The notes beneath the pieces were generated by a model. That model ran no database searches, had not been told where the DNA came from, and saw only the letters and a list, made by a program, of their open reading frames with translations. From Macrostomum lignano (Eukaryota), in the NCBI GenBank assembly GCA_002269645.1, contig NIVC01002843.1, forward strand, positions 1 to 48,237: a DNA stretch of 48,237 nt, given 5' to 3'. This document shows positions 26,311 through 37,956 of the stretch, piece by piece (position 1 is the stretch's first letter; every line of letters begins with the position of its first letter). The position numbers and the translations under genes were made by a program.

Positions 26311-27130
26311 AGTGGTTTTTCTTTCTAATTGCAATGCATATTTGCATATTTTTTTCTTTGCTTTTTTGACGCAGTTTTCTGATCGGCAGTTCTGAAGTGG
26401 AAAAATAGTTGAAAACTTATCAACTTAGAAAACGAACTCTGCCGGGTCAGTTTATATTGGCAGTGTTGGAATTTGGCTTTGTGTTGAACATTGTATGATA
26501 TAAAAGGAAGATTTTAATCAAGCTCTTCATTTTTCTTTACTTTTTCATGGTTTTCAATCACTGCAGTTGAAAATTTGAATAAACTGTTTACCTGTTTCCG
26601 TCCAGGCAAAAACCGAATTTCTTCTCTCACTTTTTACTTACCGATGATTTTTTTATTTGCTATTTGTTTCAACATGTTGCAATTATTTCGGTCACAATGC
26701 GCAGGTGTGTTGGGATTCGAGCATGTCAATGTTCAAAGGATATACCAATTGACGACCTCTAATAGCTTATTCTCTGCTAATTTCTAATCCCTATAGTGAC
26801 AGTTCCACTCAGACATCCAGAATTCCATATGACAGGTGGAAACTATTGGTTTTTGTTCCCTTATCTTGACAGCAATTCTCACCTTGCTTGCTTGGCGTGC
26901 CTAAAATGCTAGGCTGAAGCGAGGGTTGGCCATAGACTATTACGCATTTTTGCTATTGAGTCTCAGATGGCTAGGAAAAAGTCTCACTTAGCATACAAAA
27001 ACCAATGCTGGGCTTCAACATTAGACGGAGATGATTAGAGGGGACAACTTTACGCCAAAGACAATATTGTACGAGCGTTTTGATATTTGTGTCCTGAGCT
27101 GGCAGTCCTGGTAACTGTGAGGCAGCTTGT

Positions 27131-28498
27131 TACTTCAGGTGTCCCAAATTTATTTAGATTACTGCTGCTATTTGAAGAGTGAACTATAGCTACAGCTGTC
27201 AGCGCACCACATGCTACCATAAACAGTACCGAAGACGCACAAGAGATTTAAGTATCACTGCACCCTCTCTTGCGCATCACTGATAGATTTTTATAGCTCA
27301 GTTTTGCCTACTGCAACGCCAGTGCAAAAACGAATGGAGCCAAGCAAAGAAAACTTTGGATTTTACGCATGGACGCGGCAGCAGCTTGGAATCAGTGCTC
27401 AACAGTGCTTTGAAGAGTTGTCTTCCGTGTATGGCAGTGGAGCTCCATGCCATGCAACTGTATTTAATTATTTCAAGGCAGCCACCGCTGATGCCAAGAC
27501 CGGCCCCACTAAAAGAGCAGGCGACTGCCCGAGTTCCAGCGGTGCCGGGAGACCTCGATCAACTCGAACACCAGAGCTGATCAGCGATGCGCGTGTTCTG
27601 ATTGAAGACGATCCAAAAGTGTCAGTACGGACCCTTGCTGACTGGCTGGAGGTTGACAAGTCAACAGTGCATCGAGTTTTGAGAGAAGACCTGGAGCTGC
27701 GTTGCGTCACATCGGTATGGGTGCCCCATCACCTCACCGAGGCCAACAAACAGGCTAGGGTGGCATGTGCCAGAAACCTCCGCAGCGTGTTTCAGAGTGA
27801 AGGAATCAACAACATCATGGACAAGTTGGTCACCCAAGATGAGTCCTGGATCTTCTTTGAAGGCCAGCCCTGCAAAATGAGCAACAGATGCTGGCTGTCG
27901 AAGGGGGAGCCCAGGCCCCAGATGGTGAGAAGATACATGACAAACAAGAAGACTCTGCTTGTTGCAGTCTTCACCCCCAGCAAAAGGTTTTCATTTGAAA
28001 CAACCAAACCAGGACAGTCAGTGGATGCGGAGTTCATTGTCAACTTCGTTCAGCGAACCGGGAATCTCTGGCGATCTTTAAGAAGTCAACCGATTCATCT
28101 TGATCAGGTGATCTGGCAGTGGGACAACGCCCGGCCTCACACAGCTGCAGCAACTCAACATTTCATGGAGAAACGAGGCATCCGATTGCTGCACTAGGCA
28201 CCGTACAGTCCAGATTTTAATCTTTGTGACCGTTTTTTGTTTTCTTGGCTGAAGTGAGACTTCGAGCATCGCCAGTTTGGGAACCATGTTGAAGTGCAAG
28301 AGGCGACGTTGCAGTGGGCAAGGGGTCTGGAGATTGAGAGCCTGCAGCAGGAGTTGCATCGACTTTGGGATCACTGCGACGCTGTTATTCAATGCCAAGG
28401 AGATTACGTCACTGACTGATGGTTTGTTTTGTTGCTGCAGTTGATATTGTTAAATTTAGCGAGAAGTCTAAATAAATTTGGGACAAATTCACCGATTA
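27131..28498 (+). mobile_element. Mariner (DD34D) DNA transposon
   Basis: Inverted 19-bp core TGTCCCAAATTTATTTAGA (27140-27158) and TCTAAATAAATTTGGGACA (28467-28485) flank a transposase gene. The outer TIR bases do not match, so the boundaries are approximate. Confidence 0.9.
27334..28419 (+). pseudogene. Mariner transposase with two in-frame stops
   Basis: One frame of 362 codons with HTH region, WVPHHL, TQDESW, WDNARPH and YSPDFNLCD (34 residues between the 2nd and 3rd Asp). Stops are TAG at 28195-28197 and TGA at 28255-28257. Confidence 0.92.
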
Positions 28499-29399
28499 TG
28501 TCTACTGACTGAATGCTGCATGCAGAAAAGGATTATTCAATTTCAGTTTTGGGAACGCAGCCGTCTCTGCGATGCCGATCGGGTGCTTTTGTTGAAGGTC
28601 CTGACGGTCGCCGCCGATGCTCCAGACGGAGATGAAGGGTACCCTAGTTCCTGGGATGCTGAGAACAAAGGCCTTTACGACTGATATGCATAGTTTCCTG
28701 AGCCGACGTGGTTTCATGATGAGATTTTGTGAACAGAAAAAATTTGCCAATGTTGGTGGTTTTTGCCACCGGACACCCCGAGGAGAATCGTTGAATATCT
28801 TGACGATGCCGATTTTTCGTGATTCTCGGAGTTGCTTCATCGAATAGAGCGGAAAATTTTAGCCCCTGTTTTGGATTTTGATAGCAATTGGTTGAATATT
28901 TTCGGAGATCCAGACAAAAGAAAATGTGTGTATTTGAAATACACCCCCATGGTCTTTCTACTGTTAAGGGACCAGAAATTTCATTCTCGAAAAATGCCAT
29001 TGTAGATCAGATGGTGGCATTTGAAATGATGGTGCATCTAACTGTAAGCTTAGCATTCTCTTACTCAGCTTGGGGAAGAGGTCAAATTCGCAGGGATTGT
29101 GTGGCAATACTTTTCAGCTATACAATTTATCCAGCAGCTCCTTCACAGTCCTTGTGAGGACTCGCATTGTCATGAAGCTCTGCGAATGTGCTTCATGCAC
29201 AGAACTTACAGGCTTCATCTGCGCACCTCTGAAGCGGATATACCATTTGTAAACCGCTCGCTCAGCTGAAGCCTTGCTGTCGGAAGGCTTCCAAAACTTG
29301 TCAGTGAACTCGTCACATGACAAATGAAAGATGCACTGAGATTTTGTCTCAGATACATGCAATGCTTGGTATAATGTATTAGTCACGCAACTTTGGCAT

Positions 29400-29947
29400 C
29401 AGGGGCATCGCCATGGATTTTATGGTGGGGGGACGAAGCCAAGAGTTTAAATTTTTATATTTCCATTATTTTTAGAATCGTGTTGTCAGCACTCCTTTTG
29501 GCGCCGCAGGCACTTATTTTGGCGCCGCAGGCACTCCTTTTGGCGCCGCAGGCACTCCTTTCAGCGCCGCAGGCACTCATTTTAGCGCCGCAGGCACTCC
29601 TTTTGGCGCCGCAGGCACTCATTTTGGCGCCGCAGGCACTCATTTTAGCGCCGCAGGCACTCATTTTAGCGCCGCAGGCACTCATTTTAGCGCCGCAGGC
29701 ACTCATTTTAGCGCCGCACTGTCCTTTTAGCGCCGCAGGCACTCCTTTTGGCGCCGCAGGCACTCATTTTGGCGCCACAGGCACTCATTTTGGCGCCGAA
29801 GGCGCTATATTTTGGCGCCATGAAGAAAAATTGTTGATTACCGTAAGTCACAAGGTGGGGCGGGAGGGACAAAGCATTTGCATGTCCCCCATAGCTTTTT
29901 CTGGGGGGACATGTCCCCCTCTGTCCCCCCCGGTGGCGACGCGCCTG
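29400..29947. mobile_element. MITE-like element with 14-bp imperfect TIRs and an internal 21-bp tandem array
   Basis: CAGGGGCATCGCCA (29400-29413) pairs with TGGCGACGCGCCTG (29934-29947) with 2 mismatches. Internal TTTT(A/G)GCGCCGCAGGCACTC(A/C) array at ~29496-29820. No clear TSD. Confidence 0.6.
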
Positions 29948-30488
29948 CAGAAAGTTGGTTTGAGCTGGTACTGCGCAGGTGGTGAGGCAATTTTAATTAG
30001 CCTTGGCTCACACAGGCTGTGCGCCAGCTATAGGATCGCATATTTAAACAGGTGGCTACTTCTTGAATTTGAATATTTCATAAACTGATTTGAAGCCAGC
30101 TAGCCAGCCTTCAGACAGCCTTCAGTCGGTGTTAAAGGTCAGTTCACTGAATCTGGATTCCTGTGCCATTAATCTAGAATTATATCTTTCCTCAATTCTC
30201 AGGTTTATCTGCCGGCATTGTATTGGAGAAAGTGCACTAAACGAGACAGTAGAATCAGGTGCAAGTTACAGATTTAGATTCTCCTATAATGCTTTACAGA
30301 GTGCCAATGCCAATAGTATCGCTTCATGCTTTGCACGGTATGCTCTCTGACGGTTTTGATGGCAAAGCCTACAAGGGTGCTGTACATGTACAAAAACTTG
30401 CGCCACTGTGTTGAGTCATGTTTCTCGGGCTTTGTTCGAAAAAAGCGTTCGTGATGTGGTCTTGATATTTTAATTAATTCCAGTTCGT

Positions 30489-32620
30489 TCAATCTCCCAC
30501 AGTGCAATCTCCCTCAGTGCAATCTCCCACAGTGCAATCTCCCTCAGTGCAATCTCCCTCAGTGCAATCTCCCTCAGTGCAATCTCCCTCAGTGGAATCT
30601 CCCTCAGTGGAATCTCCTTCAGTGCAATCTCCCTCAGTGGAATCTCCCTCAGTGCAATCTCCCTCAGTGGAATCTCCCTCAGTGGAATCTCCCTCAGTGC
30701 AATCTCCCTCAGTGGAATCTCCCTCAGTGCAATCTCCCTCAGTGGAATCTCCCTCAGTGCAATCTCCCTCAGTGGAATCTCCCTCAGTGGAATCTCCCTC
30801 AGTGCAATCTCCCTCAGTGGAATCTCCCTCAGTGCAATCTCCCTCAGTGGAATCTCCCTCAGTGCAATCTCCCTCAGTGCAATCTCCCTCAGTGGAATCT
30901 CCCTCAGTGCAATCTCCCTCAGTGGAATCTCCCTCAGTGCAATCTCCCTCAGTGCAATCTCCCTCAGTGCAATCTCCCTCAGTGCAATCTCCCTCAGTGC
31001 AATCTCCATCAGTGCAATCTCCCTCAGTGCAATCTCCCTCAGTGGAATCTCCCTCAGTGCAATCTCCATCAGTGCAATCTCCCTCAATGCAATCTCCCTC
31101 AGTGCAATCTCCCTCAGTGCAATCTCCCTCAGTGCAATCTCCCTAAGTGGAATCTCCCTCAGTGGAATCTCCCTCAGTGCAATCTCCCTAAGTGGAATCT
31201 CCCTCAGTGCAATCTCCATCAGTGCAATCTCCCTCTGCAATCTCCCTCTCCAATCTCCCTCAGTGCAATCTCCCTCTGCAATCTCCCTCTGCAATCTCCC
31301 TCTGCAATCTCCCTCTGCAATCTCCCTCTGCAATCTCCCTCTGCAATCTCCCTCTCCAATCTCCCTCAGTGCAATCTCCCTCTGCAATCTCCCTCTGCAA
31401 TCTCCCTCTGCAATCTCCCTCTGCAATCTCCCTCTGCAATCTCCCTCTGCAATCTCCCTCTGCAATCTCCCTCTGCAATCTCCCTCTCCAATCTCCCTCA
31501 GTGCAATCTCCCTCTGCAATCTCCCTCTGCAATCTCCCTCTGCAATCTCCCTCTGCAATCTCCCTCTGCAATCTCCCTCTGCAATCTCCCTCAGTGCAAT
31601 CTCCCTCAGTGCAATCTCCCTCAGTGGAATCTCCCCAGTGGAATCTCCCTCAGTGGAATCTCCCTCAGTGCAATCTCCCTAAGTGGAATCTCCCTCAGTG
31701 GAATCTCCCTCAGTGCAATCTCCCTCTGCAATCTCCCTCTGCAATCTCCCTCTGCAATCTCCCTCAGTGCAATCTCCCTCAGTGCAATCTCCCTCTGCAA
31801 TCTCCCTCTGCAATCTCCCTCAGTGCAATCTCCCTAAGTGGAATCTCCCTCAGTGCAATCTCCCTAAGTGGAATCTCCCTCAGTGGAATCTCCCTCAGTG
31901 CAATCTCCCTCTGCAATCTCCCTCAGTGCAATCTCCCTAAGTGGAATCTCCCTCTGCAATCTCCCTCTGCAATCTCCCTCAGTGCAATCTCCCTCAGTGC
32001 AATCTCCCTCAGTGCAATCTTCATCAGTGCAATCTCCCTCAGTGCAATCTCCCTCAGTGGAATCTCCCTCAGTGCAATCTCCCTCAGTGCAATCTCCCTC
32101 AGTGGAATCTCCCTCTGCAATCTCCCTCAGTGCAATCTCCCTCTGCAATCTCCCTCAGTGGAATCTCCCTCAGTGCAATCTCCCTCAGTGCAATCTCCCT
32201 CAGTGCAATCTCCCTCAGTGCAATCTCCCTCTGCAATCTCCCTCAATGCAATCTCCCTCTGCAATCTCCCTCTGCAATCTCTCTCAGTGGAATCTTCCTC
32301 TGCAATCTCCCTCTGCAATCTCCCTCTGCAATCTCCCTCAGTGCAATCTCCCTCAGTGCAATCTCCCTCAGTGCAATCTCCCTCAGTGCAATCTCCCTCA
32401 GTGCAATCTCCCTCTGCAATCTCCCTCTGCAATCTCCCTCAGTGCAATCTCCCTAAGTGGAATCTCCCTCAGTGCAATCTCCCTCAGTGCAATCTCCCTA
32501 AGTGGAATCTCCCTCAGTGCAATCTCCATCAGTGCAATCTCCCTCTGCAATCTCCCTCTGCAATCTCCCTCTGCAATCTCCCTCAGTGCAATCTCCCTCT
32601 GCAATCTCCCTCTGCAATCT
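30489..32620. repeat. 2.1-kb satellite of 15-bp (CAGTG(C/G)AATCTCCCT) and ~13-bp (CTGCAATCTCCCT) units
   Basis: Mixed-unit tandem array abutting the 3' end of the LINE. Confidence 0.97.
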
Positions 32621-35600
32621 CGAGGCTGAATGGTGACCTTATGCCTTTGGCTCAGGAGAAGGGTGGCTGGGATCGAGTCCGTGAGGATGTTGAGCCCGCC
32701 ACACTCCTCGAGAGCCTTGAAGCAGAGGTCAGAGTGCGGGATAAGCGACCGCTTCTTAAAGGCCCGCACTTTCTTGAAGGCCACCCAGCATCTAGAAGAC
32801 GCTGGGTGCTCTTCGCCGCCTCTCCTTTGATATAAATATCCAGAGGAGGGGCACAGAGGAAGGCATTCATGCCTTCAAAAGGAGTAGAGGGTGGAGCGCC
32901 CATAGTCATTTGGCAGGCTCTGCCCTGGATTTTGTAGAGAGCGTCGAGGTTGCTCTTGACGCTGGCCCACACGAGGCTGGCGTAACTGATCGAGGGGCGG
33001 ATGATGGCAGTGTAAATCCACCACAGCTTCCTGGGGGTGAGCCCCCAGGTGGTGCCCACGGCGCGCCTGATCTGAGCCAGGACAGCCAGGGCTTTTTTTA
33101 GCTTTAGTTTCGATGTGCGGAGTCCAGTTAAGCATGTGGTCCGGAGTGAGGCCCAGCCAGTGGACCTGCTTCTCCATGGAAATATTCTTTCTATAGAGGG
33201 TGAGGGGCTTAATGGTCCAGAGCAGTTTGTTGGTAAACATGACCGCTGTGGTTTTAGACTCTGAGAGTCTAAGGCCACATTGGTTTGCCCAACGCTACGC
33301 TCGTCCCAGAAAGCCCTGCAGAAGGTCTCTGATGGTGTCAACCGAGGGGCCCGCGCAGATCGCGGTCACATCATCGGCATAGCCCACCTTGAGAATGGGG
33401 TCGTGGAGATCACTGCAAAGCAACTCATCCATGACCATGTTCCAGAGAACAGGGGTGAGAACTGCGCCCTGGGGGCCCCCTTTCTGGACAGGCGCTCTTA
33501 GAGAGCTGCCGTTCAGGTGGGCCACAACAGTGCTGTTCCGGATCATGAACATGATCCACCGGACAAGGTGAGGGTGCGTGGTCCTGGATTCCAGGGCTCT
33601 GCAAAAGGCCTCGAAGATGACGTTGTCGAAGGCCCCCTCAATGTCCAGGAAAAGCGAGAGGGCAAAGCCGCTGCCAAGAACGGCCCTCTCCAGGAAGTCA
33701 ACAATGACATGGAGGGCACTCTCGGTAGACCTGCCCGCGCGGAAGGCGTGCTGGTTCTGCGAGAGTGGGAAGCGCTTCAGCTCGACCGAAAGTAGGCGCC
33801 AAAGCACCAGTCTCTCGAGGAGCTTGAGGCAGAAAGAAGTGAGGCTGATAGGCCTGAAGGCCTTCACCGATTGGTAATCGCTCTTTCCAGGCTTGGGGAT
33901 AAAGACCACCCGGGCCTCTCTCCACGCAACTGGTACATAGCCCAGCTCCACACAAGCTCGGAGGAGACGACAGAGGAGGTCCAGAAAGCGGTGGTTTTTC
34001 ACCGCCTCGTGTAAGAACGCTGGGTAGATGCCGTCGGGCCCAGGCGCCTTGAACGGGTTAAAGGACCTTGACGCTCTAATAATGCGGTCTTTGGTGATCA
34101 TAGACTTCGCTAGGCCTTGCCCTCCCACGGTGTGGTCAGGCGGGCCCTGCTGAGTCGGAGATTTAGGGAAGAAACTGTTTAGCATTAGCTCTAGAGTCTC
34201 TTCCGAGCTCTCTGTGACCGAGCCATCAGGTCTCTTCACAACAGAGAGTTTAGAAAAACGGTCATTAGTGAGTGCCTTAACCACGCGGGCTACGGGGCGA
34301 GAGCCCTCAAGCCCTTCGCAATATTGGCGCCACTTGGCCGTCTTGGCCCTTCTGACTTGGCCCTTAAACTCGTGGATCGCACGGGTATAGGCCTCTCTAT
34401 CAGATGGGTCTTTGGTTTTGAGCGCTCGTCTTTGAAGGGTCCTGGCTAAGCGCCGAAGGGCTCCGAGCTCTGGGTTCCACCAGGGAGAAGATTTCTTGCC
34501 TTTGTAGGCTTTTAGAGGGCAGGCTGCTTCAAAGGCAGCGGTGATCGCCCCGCCCAGGAAGGAGGCGAGATTATCCACCACCCGGCAGTCAGAGAGGTCA
34601 CTGGGGGGGGGGTCAAGATCCCGAAGGCCACGGCTCAGCTTCGAGCCAAAGGCGGCCCAATCGGTATTCCTGACGTTCCGACTCCAAGTGACTTTAGGCT
34701 TTTGCTTGGTCGGCCCAATGCAAAAGCGGATAAAGCGGTGGTCCGAGAGCGAGTCCTCGTCCCACACTCGTCAGCCCGTAACTGCGGAAAGCAGTCCGGG
34801 TGAGGCGATGGTGGTGTCGATGACTTCGGCCCACCGCCCATTATTGAACGTTGGTGCATTGCCCACGTTACAGAAGTTGAGGTTAGTGCTGCTGACGTAG
34901 GCCAGCAGCTCCTCGCCTCTGTTATTGGTGTTCTTGCTGCCCCAATGCAGGTGGTGTGCGTTCACATCCCCTGCAATGAGCAGCTCGAACTGACGGGACG
35001 CGGCGTAGTCAATGAGGTTGACTAGCCCGCGTCGAAGACTACTGCGGCATCGCATGGGAAATAGGCAGATGCTGCCAGCACAGGTTTATTGGGAATGAGG
35101 TTATTGATTTGAACAACACAGATGTCCCCAGTCGAGAGATCAGGTCTCATCCATGCCTCAAAGCCTTTGCAGCAAAGACCAGAGATCTTGGGCGAGAGTG
35201 AGAACCCGCCATGCAAAAACAGTGGTAGCCAGATGGCACATTATTTGGCTTACTTTTAGTCATCCAGGGCTCCTGCACGAAGACCAGGCCCGGAAGCTGT
35301 TGCTCTGTCGTGCGCATCAGGTTGACTGACGCCGCCACGCAGTGCTGGGTGTTGATCTGCAGACACCAGGTAGCCGCTGGCATCAGTGCAGATCGGGTGT
35401 TGCAGCCCTCCTCCTCCTCCTCGGCGCTCACCAGCTTCGGGTCGGGGTCGCCGGTGTCCATGGGCTCCTCTTCAGCAAAAGGCCTCCGATTGGTCGGAAG
35501 GCAATAGGCAGCGTTCGCCGCCCTTCGCCCAGCGGCCACGGGGTCCTCCGTGCGCCGGCTGTTCCTCTCCTGCCTGCGGTCTTTCGGCCACCTGAGTTGT

Positions 35601-35700
35601 TGCAGGCACAAGAGCAACGCCATCGGAATTGGACGCAGCAACCGCTTCTCCACGGGGCAACAGTCGATACGTTGCGCTTTTTGCGCTAGATATTTCGAGC
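32621..35700 (-). mobile_element. Non-LTR retrotransposon (APE endonuclease + RT; LOA/R1-like), frameshifted and truncated
   Basis: APE motifs LQINTQH, FVQEPW, SAYFP, IAGDVNAHH..WGS..TNNRGEELL, IDTT, SDHRFI. RT motifs KAPGPDG, FIPKPGK...FRPISLTSF, FLDIEGAFDNV, GPQGAVLTPVLWN, GYADD. Thumb region LWWIYTAIIRP. Split over at least five ORF fragments. Confidence 0.95.
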
Positions 35701-36246
35701 GTGCAGCAATGCATCATTGTTCCCTTTAAAACAACAACAACAACAACAGCAACAACAACAATTTCAACACTTGAAATTCATTTTACACGCACGATATCTG
35801 TCTGGCCATAGATATAAGAGCGCAAACACTGTATAGACTTCAGCCCAACTTACGTCTTAGCCAAGCACTAACCATATTGTCCATACTTGCGTATTATTGT
35901 CCATACTCAAACGCATTATATTAACGAGTTTACTAAAAACCAGATTCAGTAAAACAGGAATTAAAAACTACTGTTGAGAAACATTACCGCTTGGGGGAGA
36001 TGTCCAAAGCAATCGTTTGTCAAGGAACAGAACAAAGTACAAAGCACACGCATCTTTTTGGTCGGACAGGCCTCGATGTGGACTGGCCGAGGAACCGGCA
36101 GTGATAGCGGGAAGACATTGCAAAGATAGGCACCTCATTGGACGGCATTGTGCTTGTGCTTGGAATATTCGTTAAGTTTTCGTTAAGTGAAGTGGCGCTC
36201 GCGTGCTTTACCCGATATCATGCATCCCGACTGTGGAAAAATATAT

Positions 36247-36483
36247 CAGTCAGTCAGTCAGTCAGTCAGTCAGTCAGTCAGTCAGTCAGTCAGTCAGTCA
36301 GTCAGTCAGTCAGTCAGTCAGTCAGTCAGTCAGTCAGTCAGTCAGTCAGTCAGTCAGTCAGTCAGTCAGTCAGTCAGTCAGTCAGTCAGTCAGTCAGTCA
36401 GTCAGTCAGTCAGTCAGTCAGTCAGTCAGTCAGTCAGTCAGTCAGTCAGTCAGTCAGTCAGTCAGTCAGTCAGTCAGTCAGTC
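36247..36483. repeat. (CAGT)n microsatellite
   Basis: About 59 perfect tetranucleotide units. Confidence 0.97.
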
Positions 36484-37956
36484 TTTTCCCTACCCGTACA
36501 AGGGCAACCTGACTGGGCAGACCGGTGATAGAAACTGGGCTGTTCCATCCATTCTGACTGGGCAGCCCGGCTGGATTTCAAAGGATTTCAACGCTTGGCA
36601 ACGAAACTGAACGAGTGGTTCTGCTTTGGGTTCTCGCTGTCCCACATAAGCCCGCTAATACTATGATTATTGAGTTGCGTTACAGAGGAAAATCCACTGG
36701 GTGGAGCACTTAATAGCATCTCCGAGAGCAAAGAAAATTCCATCTTGGATCCCTCTTTTCGAGTCGGGGATCTGACCAACCATGAGATTGATTGAAGAAA
36801 ACAGAGAAGGAAAGATGGGGCGATGCAGAAGACCCTGTGCAGTGCTGGGCAGAGGTGGGAAGCTGGAGGCTGAGTAAAAGCGAGTTTCTGTACAGTTTGT
36901 ACTGATCTACTCAGGTTAGTCGACCTCTCTCTTTCTCTCCCCCACTCTGTACACTGCATGCTCCTGCTTCAGCTCAGAGTGTACACGGAGAGAGCCTCTA
37001 CTGAAAAGAGAATGAATACAAAAAGCGTCTCAGCGGGACTGGCAGGGAGAGGCAGCAAGATAATCTAATCTGATTCGAGTGTTCAAACAGCCCTGTCAGT
37101 TGCTCGTGCTGCAACCAGTAAAGAAGGTATTGCCGGTAATGCTCAAGGCAACAACCTCCTTGCTTAGGTAAGTTAATTGTGCATGCACTAGCATGCACAG
37201 CGGAATACCGCCTTAGTTGCTTTACTGTGACAAGCACTGAAAAATACAAAAACCGGCACAAACGTTCTGCCTACCCTAGTCAACCCCAAGGATCAGATTT
37301 CGTTTCTTTACATTCAGAATTGCCTATTGGTACTTGGACCGCTGCTCAAAGCCTACTACCCGAAACTGCCTATCCCGTATTGCCTGCAGATAGGAAAGTT
37401 AGAACGCTTTTCATTAACAATTACGATAGTTCGGGATATTGACCCTGTGCTATCGGTGATAGTCAGTGTCTGATATTGATATTAGTTCAGAACAGGTTTA
37501 TAACTTTTATAGAAAAGGACCTCGATTTGCTCAGAACAGTGTTTCTACCAAGCATGCTCTTGCACGGCCAAAAACCGACAGAAGAAAAGACACATGCTCA
37601 GAATTTGAGCAAAGTTTACAAACATTGTCTGGTATCTCCGCTGACTCACCTGCACAAACAATAGGCGCGAAAGCCAGCAGGTAAGGCCTGATTATGCCTA
37701 AGCCCGTGGCAGATTATGCTGCATTTCGAACAGATCCCCAAAAGCATTTTCTTCTCTTCAGGACAGAGTAAACAATGTTCCATCCTCGTTCTGAAAGGCA
37801 GATCGCAGGGATTTTATTGCTTGAATTCTCCAAAAACTGGAATTTCTCCCAGAAAATCTCCGGTCTGCATCCTGCATTACAAAAATGGGTTGGAAATCAG
37901 TGCTGCCATTCGTCCCCATCCAATGTTTTCAGGAGCATCCCAAAAGGAACGAAAAA

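Noticed and set aside
29114-29386. Minus-strand ORF with ERAVYKWYIRFRG, reminiscent of a mariner HTH
   Set aside because: One short motif with no catalytic motifs or TIRs found; too weak without a profile search.
30470-32835. Long ORFs (QSPSV, IALRE repeats)
   Set aside because: They are stop-free readings of the 15/13-bp satellite with no non-repetitive coding support.
35730-35762. (CAA)n tract near the LINE 5' end as a retrotransposon tail
   Set aside because: It is at the wrong end and on the wrong strand for this LINE, and no associated element body was identified.
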